Source: an uncultured Parcubacteria group bacterium (GTDB lineage Bacteria; Patescibacteriota; Minisyncoccia; Phycocordibacterales; UBA2100). Taken from it: DNA of 57,273 nt. Where the stretch lies: the NCBI GenBank assembly GCA_947085915.1, contig CAMTYD010000031.1, forward strand, positions 1-57,273. Direction: 5' to 3'. A model generated the notes under the pieces. The model made no database searches. It had not been told where the DNA came from and saw only the letters and a list, made by a program, of their open reading frames with translations. The first letter of the stretch is position 1, and every line of letters begins with the position of its first letter. Of the stretch, positions 9,441 to 18,165 are shown one piece after another. The translations under genes were made by a program, and so were the position numbers.

Positions 9441-9469
9441 TCGATATTCTCTATCTCACGGGGTATACT
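9441..9469 (+). promoter_or_regulatory. Putative promoter TCGATA-17 nt-TATACT with TATCTCACGGGG filling the spacer
   Basis: The motif copy at 9452-9467 overlaps the spacer and -10 box. Lies upstream of the DUF1003 gene. Confidence 0.45.
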
Positions 9470-9540
9470 CCCGCCATGAATCCCGCCTTTTCAAATCGCA
9501 ACAATTACCTCTCTCTTATTATCAGTATAGAAATGGCGGG

Positions 9541-10011
9541 ATGAAACCGCACGACCAGATACGGAAGACCGCGCTCGCTGTCACCCGATGGATAGGCTCT
9601 CCCGGCTCGGTTGTCGTCCACACGATACTTTTTGCCGGAAGCTTTATTGCAGTTCTCGCGGGATGGATTGGCTTCGATCGCATGCTCTTGGTGCTTACCA
9701 CTATCGTCTCTCTTGAGGCAATCTATCTCTGCATACTTATCCAGATGACCATCAATTACACGACTCAATCCATCGAGGAAGTGAGCGATGACATCGAAGA
9801 AATGCAGGAAGACATCGGCGAGATCGCGGAAGACGTCGATGAACTGCAAGAAGACGTGGAGGAAATCAGCGAGGACGTCGAGGAGCTGAACGAAGAGGAA
9901 GCGACCGACTTGAGCGAAGAGGCAGCGCAAAAGAAAACGCTGGCCGATATTCAGACAGACCTGCGCAAATTGATGTCAGACATCGACCGGCTGAAATCCG
10001 ACCGAACGTAA
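9541..10011 (+). CDS. DUF1003-like membrane protein with an acidic coiled-coil tail
   Basis: Two TM helices followed by a repetitive E/D-rich heptad region (EDIGEIAEDVDELQEDVEEISEDVEEL). Confidence 0.6.
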   Translation: MKPHDQIRKTALAVTRWIGSPGSVVVHTILFAGSFIAVLAGWIGFDRMLLVLTTIVSLEAIYLCILIQMTINYTTQSIEEVSDDIEEMQEDIGEIAEDVDELQEDVEEISEDVEELNEEEATDLSEEAAQKKTLADIQTDLRKLMSDIDRLKSDRT

Positions 10012-10028
10012 CCTCAGACGAGAAGTGC

Positions 10029-11045
10029 CTAACGCTTCGAAATAATCGCCTTTTTGTACGCGTCCAAGTGCTTCAGCGCTTCTCCCGTACCTTTTGCGAC
10101 GCAGTAAGGCGCGTCTTTGGCCGTGCGTGCTTTCACGCCCGTGCGGCGGAAGACGAGCTCAGGCAGATTGCGCAAAAGTGAAGAGCCTCCGGTCATGATG
10201 ATGCCGTTGTCGATGATGTCGGCTGCCAATTCAGGCGGCGTCTCCTGAAGGACGTCTTTCATTGCATTTATCATCGTGCGCAATTCTTTGCCTATCGCGC
10301 GTACGACTTCATTGGTACCGACTTCAATAGAACGCGGAAGCCCCGTGAGATGATCGCGCCCCTTCACTACCATCGTAAGCTCTTCTTCGACTGGTACTGC
10401 GGAGCCAATTTGCTTTTTCACTTCTTCCGCCATCTTGTCGCCGATGCCGAGATTTGAAGTCTTCTTGATGTAATCAGCGATGGCATGGTCAATTGCATTG
10501 CCCGCGCACTTCACGGATGTGGAGGCGACGATGCCGCCGAGTGAGATGACCGCGACGTCCGTCGTGCCGCCGCCGATGTCGACGACCATGTGCCCGCGCG
10601 CTTCGTGTATCGGAATGCCGGCGCCGATGGCGGCGAGTATCGGCTCTTTGACCACATACGCCTGGCGCGCACCAGCCTTGGTCGCAGCCTCGACGACTGC
10701 GCGCCGCTCCGTAGAGGTGACACCGGCTGGCACGCTTATCATGACCTCAGGTTTAAAAAGATTCCACTTGCCGAGAGATTTTCTGATGTAATACCGGAGC
10801 ATCGCCTCTGTCACACGATAATCCGCTATCACTCCATCTTTCATCGGGCGGTACGCGATTATTTCTCCCGGGGTGCGGCCGACCATTTCTTTTGCATCAT
10901 TCCCGACAGCAAGTATTTTATTGTCGCGTACCGATACGGCGACGACCGAAGGTTCATTTAAGACAATCCCTCTTCCGGGTACGAAGACGAGCACGGTGGT
11001 CGTACCGAGGTCAATGCCGAGTTTGGGAGAAAATGAGAATGCCAT
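10029..11045 (-). CDS. Second MreB/Mbl-family actin homolog
   Basis: GIDLGTTTVLVF, DIGGGTTD and MTGGSSLLRNL motifs. A paralog of the gene at 3989-5068. Confidence 0.9.
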   Translation of the reverse strand: MAFSFSPKLGIDLGTTTVLVFVPGRGIVLNEPSVVAVSVRDNKILAVGNDAKEMVGRTPGEIIAYRPMKDGVIADYRVTEAMLRYYIRKSLGKWNLFKPEVMISVPAGVTSTERRAVVEAATKAGARQAYVVKEPILAAIGAGIPIHEARGHMVVDIGGGTTDVAVISLGGIVASTSVKCAGNAIDHAIADYIKKTSNLGIGDKMAEEVKKQIGSAVPVEEELTMVVKGRDHLTGLPRSIEVGTNEVVRAIGKELRTMINAMKDVLQETPPELAADIIDNGIIMTGGSSLLRNLPELVFRRTGVKARTAKDAPYCVAKGTGEALKHLDAYKKAIISKR

Positions 11046-11174
11046 AAAAAGATTACTTTTTTCTGCCGTCGCTGGCTCGGAAATGTGAAAGTAAACTTCC
11101 CCATTTCGCTCGCTGCGCTAGGCAGTAGAGAGTGCATTGTAGACGTTTCCCCAGCTTTGACAAACTTATCTTTA

Positions 11175-11489
11175 CTATTCAGCTTTATAGCGCTTAGGAA
11201 AGGGTTTTTTTATCGCCTGCGCCTCAGGAGTATGATTTTTGGGATTGATTTCCCACCAGAATTTCTTAGAAAAATTACCCGCGTCATCACACACCTTCTT
11301 CAGATAGTAGAGATCCTTGGTCGGTATCGCCTGGAGGAGCTTCCCCATGCGCCCCATCGCTATCGCAGCCAGACCATCCCGCAGACGTGTGCTATTGAGC
11401 TTGTCGCAAAAGTATTGCATCAGCTCTCCACGCTCAGTGGTGCGGTCCTGCTCCATGGATTTTTTAAGATGTGTTGCTATGTGCTTCAT
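11175..11489 (-). CDS. Hypothetical protein (104 aa)
   Basis: Balanced composition. 4-nt overlap with the upstream GIY-YIG gene. The opposite-strand ORF 11085-11531 looks less protein-like. Confidence 0.5.
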   Translation of the reverse strand: MKHIATHLKKSMEQDRTTERGELMQYFCDKLNSTRLRDGLAAIAMGRMGKLLQAIPTKDLYYLKKVCDDAGNFSKKFWWEINPKNHTPEAQAIKKPFPKRYKAE

Positions 11490-11770
11490 CCCGTTAGAGA
11501 TAGGAAGCGTTTCAAGCGATTCTTGAGGTAGCGCTTACCCATACCGGACTTAAGAAATAATTCTCTCGACCGAGCATCAAGTTCGTTCATACACATCTCG
11601 TAGTATATCAACTCAAGCGGCCGGCGGCCTTTTGTTGAGCGCGTAAGACCATCAGCGTGCTGCTTGAAACACTTCCGTAGATTGTTCGTCGAACCAGTGT
11701 ATGTCTCGCCATCTTTGAGACTTTTGAGTACGTAGGTATACCAACTTTCTTTATCTCTAACGGGATTCAT
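11486..11770 (-). CDS. GIY-YIG domain nuclease (short UPF0213-like)
   Basis: WYTYVLKS...YTGSTNNL...H and RE..LK motifs. Alternative GTG start at 11785. Confidence 0.8.
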   Translation of the reverse strand: MNPVRDKESWYTYVLKSLKDGETYTGSTNNLRKCFKQHADGLTRSTKGRRPLELIYYEMCMNELDARSRELFLKSGMGKRYLKNRLKRFLSLTG

Positions 11771-11857
11771 GGCGTTATTGTACACTTTCCGTTATAGTTT
11801 TCCTGACCCGCCCCGTTAGAGAGCTAAAGATTCTATACATAGAAGCGGGGTGTCAGA

Positions 11858-12457
11858 ATGAGTAATAACAATAGTATGTCCAATAATCGAACGAATGGTA
11901 GCGCCTCTAACGGGGTGAAAACAATTCTGGCCGAAAATCATAACCCCGCCTTGCGGGAGATTGCCCAGGAGATTCCTCTCGCTGCTATCAGGAGTATACG
12001 GATCCAGAAGCTGATCGCCGAGATGAAAGCGCTTCTCTCCAAAGAAGAATACGGGGTCGCCCTCGCGGCCTCTCAAGTGGGAGAGCCGCTTCGCCTCTTT
12101 ATTGTATCCGGCAAAGCGCTCGCGCGTGATAGCCGCAATGCCCCGGACGAACCGGAGAAGAACAAAGAGAAGCCGGCAATTCCTGACCAGGTCTATATCA
12201 ACCCTGTAGTCCTGAAAATGTCCCGGACAAAAAAAGAAAAGCACGAAGGTTGCCTCTCCATCCGTGGCAAATGGGGTATCGTCCCCCGCGCGGAGAAAAC
12301 AATGCTGAGCGCATATGATGAAAAAGGAGAAAAAACCACTCGCGGAGCGTCAGGGTTTCTAGCGCACGTCTTTCAGCACGAAATGGACCACCTCGATGGT
12401 ATCCTCTACACCGACAAAGCGGTAGATCTCTATGATGACAAACCAGAAAAGAAGTAG
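11858..12457 (+). CDS. def: Peptide deformylase
   Basis: GVALAASQVG, EGCLSIRG and HEMDHLDG motifs. Confidence 0.9.
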   Translation: MSNNNSMSNNRTNGSASNGVKTILAENHNPALREIAQEIPLAAIRSIRIQKLIAEMKALLSKEEYGVALAASQVGEPLRLFIVSGKALARDSRNAPDEPEKNKEKPAIPDQVYINPVVLKMSRTKKEKHEGCLSIRGKWGIVPRAEKTMLSAYDEKGEKTTRGASGFLAHVFQHEMDHLDGILYTDKAVDLYDDKPEKK

Positions 12458-13304
12458 CGCGATACGGTTTGCCTTTTTCGGCACATCGCATATCGCGGTG
12501 TACGTCTTAGAGGCACTCGATGTCGCCAACCTATTGCCCCAGCTCATCGTCACCCAACCACCGAAGCCAAAAGGCCGCGGACTAGGAAGCCAGCCGACTG
12601 ACGCTGAAGTGTGGGCGCAGGCTCATGGGATTCTTGTCGCACATGATTCAAAAGAATTTGAAGCTGGCACATGGGACGTGGCAGTCGTCGTCGACTACGG
12701 GAATTTTCTACCAAAAGAGCTCTTGGATATCCCCAAACGCGGATTCCTCAACGTCCACCCTTCCCTTCTCCCGCGCCTCCGCGGCGCATCCCCTATGCGT
12801 TCTGCGATATTGAATGATGAAAAAACCACGGGCGTCACTATCATGCTTGTAAACGAGGGTATGGACGAAGGCCCTATTGTCGCGCAGAAGAAAATCGATG
12901 TGGAGCCGTGGCCGATTGGCAACGCAGAACTCGAAAAACTACTCGTGCCCGAAGGCGGAAGGCTCCTCGCTCAAATACTCCCTCAGTGGGTTGCGGGTGA
13001 GATAGACGCGCACGAGCAAAATCACGATGTCGCCACCTACGCGGAGAAGCTAGCAAAAGAAGATGGACTCCTCGACTTGCATGCCGATGCGTACAAGAAT
13101 CTCCTCAAGATACGGGCGTACGAAGGCTGGCCGGGCACGTATACATTCTTTGAAAGAAGCGGTAAGAAAATCCGCGTCGGCATCCTCGATGCGGATGTCA
13201 TCAACGGAAAACTCTACATCCACACGGTGAAGCCTGAAGGCAAAAAGGAAATGGGGTACGAAGAATTCCTACGATCGGGGGCGAAACCGATGCCTGCGGG
13301 ATAG
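12432..13304 (+). CDS. fmt: Methionyl-tRNA formyltransferase
   Basis: Formyltransferase N-domain (NVHPSLLPRLRGASP) plus C-terminal domain. Classic def-fmt pair. Confidence 0.9.
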   Translation: MMTNQKRSSAIRFAFFGTSHIAVYVLEALDVANLLPQLIVTQPPKPKGRGLGSQPTDAEVWAQAHGILVAHDSKEFEAGTWDVAVVVDYGNFLPKELLDIPKRGFLNVHPSLLPRLRGASPMRSAILNDEKTTGVTIMLVNEGMDEGPIVAQKKIDVEPWPIGNAELEKLLVPEGGRLLAQILPQWVAGEIDAHEQNHDVATYAEKLAKEDGLLDLHADAYKNLLKIRAYEGWPGTYTFFERSGKKIRVGILDADVINGKLYIHTVKPEGKKEMGYEEFLRSGAKPMPAG

Positions 13305-13327
13305 ACATCCCGCGCCTTGATATCACA

Positions 13328-14365
13328 TTACTCTTTCGACAAATCAAATACCCCCTTAGTGTATTGCTCCAAATTTGGTGAGAGTACTCTTTCAGCTAAC
13401 GCGGCATTGAATCTGTAAGATGCCGCGACGAAGTTGATTGTTTTCCCGCTCTGGTCTGTAACAGCAACTTCGCGTGCAGGACATCGAATGCGTTCAGTTA
13501 AAAGCGTCTGCACAGACCTAGAAGCCCATAAAGCGACGGTTGCTTCGTCGAAGACGAGACGCAAGCCTCCCCCTCCTTCTTCTATGCGAAAAAGCGCCGG
13601 AGGAAATTCCAGTTTAATTTGTTCGCCAGCACCACGTACAGGAGCTACAAATTCACCGAGTGAATGGAAGCTATCAATATGCATTGCCGATAATTCCATC
13701 GCAAGCTGCTCAGCGCCACGCACTAACTGCATGAACTGATCTCTGGATACGCACTGTGAATATTGCTCGTGATAGCAAATGGGTATTGCACGGATTATGT
13801 CCCAACTCGTGGATGAGGCCGTGCCGCCGCCGCTAGCCAGGAACCTGAATGCTGAAAACCGCTGAAGATCTCCGCGCTGAAAATCGAAATTTCCAATGAC
13901 AGTCTCATAGCGATCAAACAGTTTCTGTTCAGCGCTGAGTTCGGCTCCTACCTCGCGTTCACGCAATGGTTCCATCCAATCCTGGATTGATCTATTCAAG
14001 TGTCGTGCGAAACTATTCCGAATGCCGTCTAATGCCGCGAATATATCTTGCGCCGCCAGCGAATCTAAAGTCACACCCCTTGCGTCTAGCGAAGGATGCG
14101 TCTCATCCGAATGGAAAACCGGGATAGGGTAACCTTGAGTATCATAAAAACGACTCTTGGCATGTTCGTATACCCTTCCCAGAATCACTGTGGCCAAAGG
14201 ATACGCCTCGCGTTTCAGGCCAGCCAATGTCAGGCTCATCGGCTTATCTATAACGCCTTTCTCGCGAATCGCTTTTACGTCCCCCGCGGCAGAATAGAGA
14301 GAGGTGCCCTGATATAATTTTTCACGAATCCGAGCGGGGGAACCTTTCTCACTGTTTTCCACCAT
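13328..14365 (-). CDS. Hypothetical protein (345 aa), no family recognised
   Basis: Long ORF with ordinary composition and no TM helices or motifs I recognise. Confidence 0.6.
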   Translation of the reverse strand: MVENSEKGSPARIREKLYQGTSLYSAAGDVKAIREKGVIDKPMSLTLAGLKREAYPLATVILGRVYEHAKSRFYDTQGYPIPVFHSDETHPSLDARGVTLDSLAAQDIFAALDGIRNSFARHLNRSIQDWMEPLREREVGAELSAEQKLFDRYETVIGNFDFQRGDLQRFSAFRFLASGGGTASSTSWDIIRAIPICYHEQYSQCVSRDQFMQLVRGAEQLAMELSAMHIDSFHSLGEFVAPVRGAGEQIKLEFPPALFRIEEGGGGLRLVFDEATVALWASRSVQTLLTERIRCPAREVAVTDQSGKTINFVAASYRFNAALAERVLSPNLEQYTKGVFDLSKE

Positions 14366-14376
14366 AGATCTTCAGT

Positions 14377-14748
14377 TTATTCCCCTCCCCAGCGCATCCA
14401 ATTTTTAATTGCAGAACCTGTCTTGCGCATCATTCGGATATGGAGTTTTTTTTCCTTGCGCAGCTGACGCTCCACCTCCTCTTTCACGTCATCAATAGCG
14501 GCATTTACCGAGGAGGAATTATTGCGGGCGTACACCGCATCGTTCCCGGGGACGAGGATGCGGACTTCGGCAAACCACATATTTGCACCATGTCGCTGTC
14601 CCCCGGCGGCAAGGCCGAGCTCCACCTCGCAACGGGCGACTCCCGCATTGTCACCAAGGAATTTTTCAAGCGATGCGATGCGGTCGTCGAGATAACTTCG
14701 CACCTCCGGGGTCAATTCATAATCAGTGGTCTTAATTCGTATATCCAT
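14377..14748 (-). CDS. hpf: Ribosome hibernation promoting factor / RaiA family
   Basis: MDIRIKTTDYELTPEVRSYLDDRI... is typical of the sigma-54 modulation protein/S30EA family. Confidence 0.85.
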   Translation of the reverse strand: MDIRIKTTDYELTPEVRSYLDDRIASLEKFLGDNAGVARCEVELGLAAGGQRHGANMWFAEVRILVPGNDAVYARNNSSSVNAAIDDVKEEVERQLRKEKKLHIRMMRKTGSAIKNWMRWGGE

Positions 14749-15051
14749 ACACTGTATTGTCGCATACTATTTTGGTATGCAAATCATTCGTGAGCAATAT
14801 ACTTCAGGAAAAATTCACGGGGCTTCATGTACTCTCTATACTTACTTATTACATAAATTAATACTCACTACCTATGAGCAATCACAGCGACACTTCAGCG
14901 AACCCGGGCAGCGATGCTTCGGAGAAACACGAGACTACTGAGTCTCTGAATAAGAAGGCCGAGGAGCGGTCGGAAGCAAACGGGTTTGACGCGGAGGATA
15001 CAGAAACGGATTCGACGACCCTCACGAAAGCTGACGACACATAAAACAAAA

Positions 15052-15076
15052 AACGCCCCGTAAGGAGCGTTTTTTG
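15052..15076. terminator. Bidirectional hairpin terminator
   Basis: AACGCCCC-GTAA-GGAGCGTT with an A-run upstream and a T-run downstream. Lies downstream of cspA (minus strand). Confidence 0.6.
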
Positions 15077-15089
15077 GAAACCTTACGGT

Positions 15090-15293
15090 TTACGAGACGC
15101 GGCTAACCTTGACCGCGTTCGGCCCCTTCGGGCTGTCAGCGACTTCAAAGGAGAGCTTATCCCCTTCGCGAAGTTCGTCGAAGGAAACCCCGACGAGCTC
15201 GTTAGAGTGGAAAAAGAGATCCTTTTCCTGACCCTCGCGAGAGATAAACCCGAAACCCTTGTCGGTGAGACGAGCGATAGTTCCTGTTTGCAT
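15090..15293 (-). CDS. cspA: Cold-shock protein (CspA family)
   Basis: MQTGTIARLTDKGFGFISREGQEKDLFFH with RNP1/RNP2-like motifs. Start set to the internal ATG. Confidence 0.9.
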   Translation of the reverse strand: MQTGTIARLTDKGFGFISREGQEKDLFFHSNELVGVSFDELREGDKLSFEVADSPKGPNAVKVSRVS

Positions 15294-15527
15294 ATGCAAT
15301 GTAGAATTTTCGATGGATAAACCGACAAAGATTTTGGTCTCGGTTGGTATCAATGTCAGTTAGCTGGAGTTGTAGGTCGATCCCCCTTCTCTGGATCAGC
15401 ACTGTTTGATAAAGGAATACTATCATGTGCGAACTCACCTGTCAATGCCACCCGGGATTACTCTTCCCCAAATCTTCATACTCATTCTGTAATACTCCAT
15501 GCCATTAGTCACTAAACGTATAAGAGT

Positions 15528-15779
15528 ATGGGTATCATTATTTGGATAGTATTTGGAGGTCTCGTCGGTTGGGTAGCATCATTGATTATGAAATCCGATG
15601 CAGAACAAGGGATACTCATGAATATCATCGTCGGTATTGTCGGAGCAGTTGTAGGCGGATGGATTATGAGCCTTCTTGGGGAAAGCGGGGTAGGTGGATT
15701 CAATATATACAGTTTCCTGGTCGCTCTCTTAGGAGCCTGCGCATTGATAGCGATTGTCCGCGCAGTCCGCCGCTCATGA
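15528..15779 (+). CDS. GlsB/YeaQ/YmgE family (transglycosylase-associated) membrane protein
   Basis: MGIIIWIVFGGLVGWVASLIM... with three Gly-rich TM helices. Confidence 0.85.
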   Translation: MGIIIWIVFGGLVGWVASLIMKSDAEQGILMNIIVGIVGAVVGGWIMSLLGESGVGGFNIYSFLVALLGACALIAIVRAVRRS

Positions 15780-15849
15780 TACGAAAAGCGATACTCGTGC
15801 AAATTTCTTGGTAATGAAATGTGTGCACGTACGTCAATACTCACTCACT

Positions 15850-16332
15850 ATGATGCCCTTACCTCTCTTCTCACAAAGAACCTACCTTATCGCGTCGATT
15901 TCTATCGTATCGGTTGCTTTACTGGGAATGCTTCTTTATCAAACACGGACACCGCTTGCTCGGGCGTTGGGAAATAACGCCGCGGTAAGCGCTTCACCGA
16001 ATACGGTCTACCTATCCGGGAACGCGACTGCTCCATCGACGACAGCAGAGAATACAACTCAAGAGGTACACATTGCCAATAACGGCCTCGTGCTTCTACG
16101 TGACGCGCGTGTCCTTTCTCTTTCCGGCAATACCGTAGAAGTCGGGATGACGTGGGGCTCATCCGAGTTTACATGGTCAATACGGACAGATTTCTCTACA
16201 AAATTCTTTGACCCTCAGGGAGAGAAGATGCGTGTGACGAATATTCACATCGGAGACATCATTACGGTAACGGGAAACATAACACAGAGCGGTGCGAGAC
16301 CAATCATAGACGCCGATATCGTACGCAAGTAG
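15850..16332 (+). CDS. Hypothetical secreted or anchored protein
   Basis: N-terminal TM/signal anchor and beta-rich C-terminus. Start moved to the MM at 15850. Confidence 0.55.
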   Translation: MMPLPLFSQRTYLIASISIVSVALLGMLLYQTRTPLARALGNNAAVSASPNTVYLSGNATAPSTTAENTTQEVHIANNGLVLLRDARVLSLSGNTVEVGMTWGSSEFTWSIRTDFSTKFFDPQGEKMRVTNIHIGDIITVTGNITQSGARPIIDADIVRK

Positions 16333-16475
16333 GCACAAAGCTTCACCCAACATGAAGCTCAGATGGATCTTGCGCACAAACACAGTAAGGAGTTCATGAG
16401 GACGCCGTCTTCATGAGAAGAGAGAGCGTAGTCAGCTCTGCTCATTATCATTTACGAAATTAATAACAAATTGGT

Positions 16476-17150
16476 ATGAACAAATACACACTATCTCGTA
16501 TGTTGGCAGTGCCGGCAGCAGTGCTCCTCTTCGCTCTGGCGTCGACGAGTGTCGCATCGGCTCTCTCCACCATTACCACAAGTCTCGACTTCGGAGCGAG
16601 AGGAGGCAACGTCACGTCCTTGCAGCAATTCCTTGCTACGGACTCAAGCGTGTATCCTGAAGCAATCGTAAGCGGCTATTACGGCTCACTTACCCGTGCC
16701 GCTGTTCAGCGCTACCAGTGTAAGCAAGGCATCATCTGTACAGGTAGTGCCGCCTCGACCGGATACGGTCGCGTAGGACCACGCACACTCGCAGCAATCA
16801 ACGCTTCGATTGGAGGTGTTGTCTCGACCGGAGATGTCTCAGCTCCTATAATGAGCCGTGTCATCCCCGCGACAACCACATCGTCAGCGACGTTCACCTG
16901 GACAACGAACGAGCCTGCACGTGGAACAATCTATTACAGCTCATCTCCTCTCCCCGTCCTTGAAGGCGCTCAGGGAGTATCTGCCACTATCGGCGGACAG
17001 ACAGTAAATGAGTCTGGATTCGGATACAACCACGTCCTCAGCGTTACCGGGCTCTCTGCAAATACCACCTACTACTTCGCAGCAAAGTCAGACGACGCAT
17101 CGGGCAACGTCCAACTCACGTGGCCAACAGCCGTCCGCACCGGACAATAG
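16476..17150 (+). CDS. Secreted protein with a peptidoglycan-binding domain and an FN3-like domain
   Basis: Signal peptide, PG_binding_1-like segment (VTSLQQFLA...YYGSLTRAAVQRYQ), and FN3-like segment (ATFTWTTNEPARGTIYY...TTYYF). Confidence 0.7.
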   Translation: MNKYTLSRMLAVPAAVLLFALASTSVASALSTITTSLDFGARGGNVTSLQQFLATDSSVYPEAIVSGYYGSLTRAAVQRYQCKQGIICTGSAASTGYGRVGPRTLAAINASIGGVVSTGDVSAPIMSRVIPATTTSSATFTWTTNEPARGTIYYSSSPLPVLEGAQGVSATIGGQTVNESGFGYNHVLSVTGLSANTTYYFAAKSDDASGNVQLTWPTAVRTGQ

Positions 17151-17167
17151 ACAGGCCTAAGAATCGG

Positions 17168-17205
17168 AAAACCGCCCCGAGTAAAGTGGAGGGGCGGTTT
17201 TTCTA
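17168..17205 (+). terminator. Intrinsic terminator
   Basis: AAACCGCCCC...GGGGCGGTTT stem followed by a T-run. Confidence 0.7.
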
Positions 17206-17259
17206 TATATGACTTATCTTCACGCGTTCACCATGCCCTGCAGCCTATAGTGGAGAGAT

Positions 17260-17637
17260 ATGACTGCACGCATATTTGAAAGTTATTATCCGGCCAGTTT
17301 TCCGGTGCGGGTCGTAAACGCCGTCATTGGCTTCATCGAAGGAGCGTTCATACTCCGCATTCTCCTGAAACTCCTTGGCGCAAATCCTGACTCTCAATTC
17401 GTTGCGTGGGTGTATGACGTTACTACCAGACTGCTTGGACCATTTGCCGGAGCTCTTTCCACATTCGCTATCGGTGGGGGCGCTGTCTTAGAACTTTCTG
17501 TCATCCTTGCCATGATTGGCTACTCCATTCTCGGCTGGCTCATCATCCGCTTACTCTATTTTGTCTTTCTCTCTCCTACGCTGCCCGTAGATTATTCGGA
17601 GTACGAACAAACGCGGGTGCCGCTCAGGGGGCTTTAA
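17260..17637 (+). CDS. YggT-family membrane protein
   Basis: Two-TM architecture with the R(I/L)LL..L pattern typical of YggT/Ycf19. Confidence 0.55.
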   Translation: MTARIFESYYPASFPVRVVNAVIGFIEGAFILRILLKLLGANPDSQFVAWVYDVTTRLLGPFAGALSTFAIGGGAVLELSVILAMIGYSILGWLIIRLLYFVFLSPTLPVDYSEYEQTRVPLRGL

Positions 17638-17642
17638 TTCTT

Positions 17643-18023
17643 CTAGGAGCCGACGACTACTTTGAATCCTCCGTACGCAAAGCGCTTCATATCAAACGGC
17701 ATCGGCAGCTTCTCCCATTTCGGGTCGTTCATAGAAGGATCTTTCATCACCTTTGCGTTCACCTGGTCGCGATGCTTCTTGGATTTGTAGACGATGTAAG
17801 AGAACCACACGGTATCGCCCTTCTTCGCCTTGGCCATATCTAAGAACGAAAGATGCTTCATTCCACCCATGCCTTTGGGGCGCATATCGTCGCCCATACA
17901 CTCTTGATAGTCGAGCGCGCCATACTTCGTCCATGTCTTTTTCCCCCATTGCGCCATCTTGCGGTACGCCGCAAGATTTTTCTTAGGAACAACGAATACG
18001 AACCCTTCTACGTATTTTGCCAT
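17643..18023 (-). CDS. DUF1428 family protein
   Basis: MAKYVEGFVFVVPKKNLAAYRKMA... closely matches the DUF1428 (YbaA-like) pattern. Confidence 0.75.
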   Translation of the reverse strand: MAKYVEGFVFVVPKKNLAAYRKMAQWGKKTWTKYGALDYQECMGDDMRPKGMGGMKHLSFLDMAKAKKGDTVWFSYIVYKSKKHRDQVNAKVMKDPSMNDPKWEKLPMPFDMKRFAYGGFKVVVGS

Positions 18024-18165
18024 GATGAGTTTCTAAGCTCTTAAATAAAGCTATTGAACGCCAAGAATGCACCAATAAGAACGACGGGCATTCCTATAAT
18101 CCACAGTATGCTTTTCACCTTTCCATTGTACCAAACGGAAGTTTCTATACCCCCTACTCCCGCAT

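Noticed and set aside
9374-9544. 56-codon ORF (MRYIFDLLALLKNV...) ending in an ATGA overlap with the DUF1003 gene.
   Set aside because: It contains the second copy of the promoter-like motif in its middle, it starts 4 nt after the first copy, and its composition is unremarkable. It is more likely noncoding leader or promoter sequence.
9505-9930. Minus-strand 141-aa ORF antisense to the DUF1003 gene. Similar long antisense or alternate-frame ORFs occur elsewhere (for example 36624-37316, 45962-46549, 22035-22481, 53888-54454).
   Set aside because: All lie within genes that have clear family signatures on the other strand or frame, and they show biased Arg/Cys/His-rich composition typical of shadow ORFs in GC-rich DNA.
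11085-11531. Plus-strand 148-aa ORF overlapping the 104-aa minus-strand ORF.
   Set aside because: Its composition is hydrophobic and Arg-rich and looks irregular. The minus-strand ORF is coupled by a 4-nt overlap to the GIY-YIG gene. The choice remains uncertain.
14874-15044. 56-codon acidic ORF (MSNHSDTSANPGSDASEKHETTE...) between hpf and cspA.
   Set aside because: It is low-complexity, has no recognisable RBS or family, and lies in a region that may just be the shared terminator and promoter zone. It cannot be supported from sequence alone.
18030-18110. Tiny minus-strand hydrophobic ORF (GTG start, about 25 codons, VKSILWIIGMPVVLIGAFLAFNSFI).
   Set aside because: It is too short to support, has a non-ATG start and no clear RBS spacing. 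It is noted only as a possible small membrane peptide.
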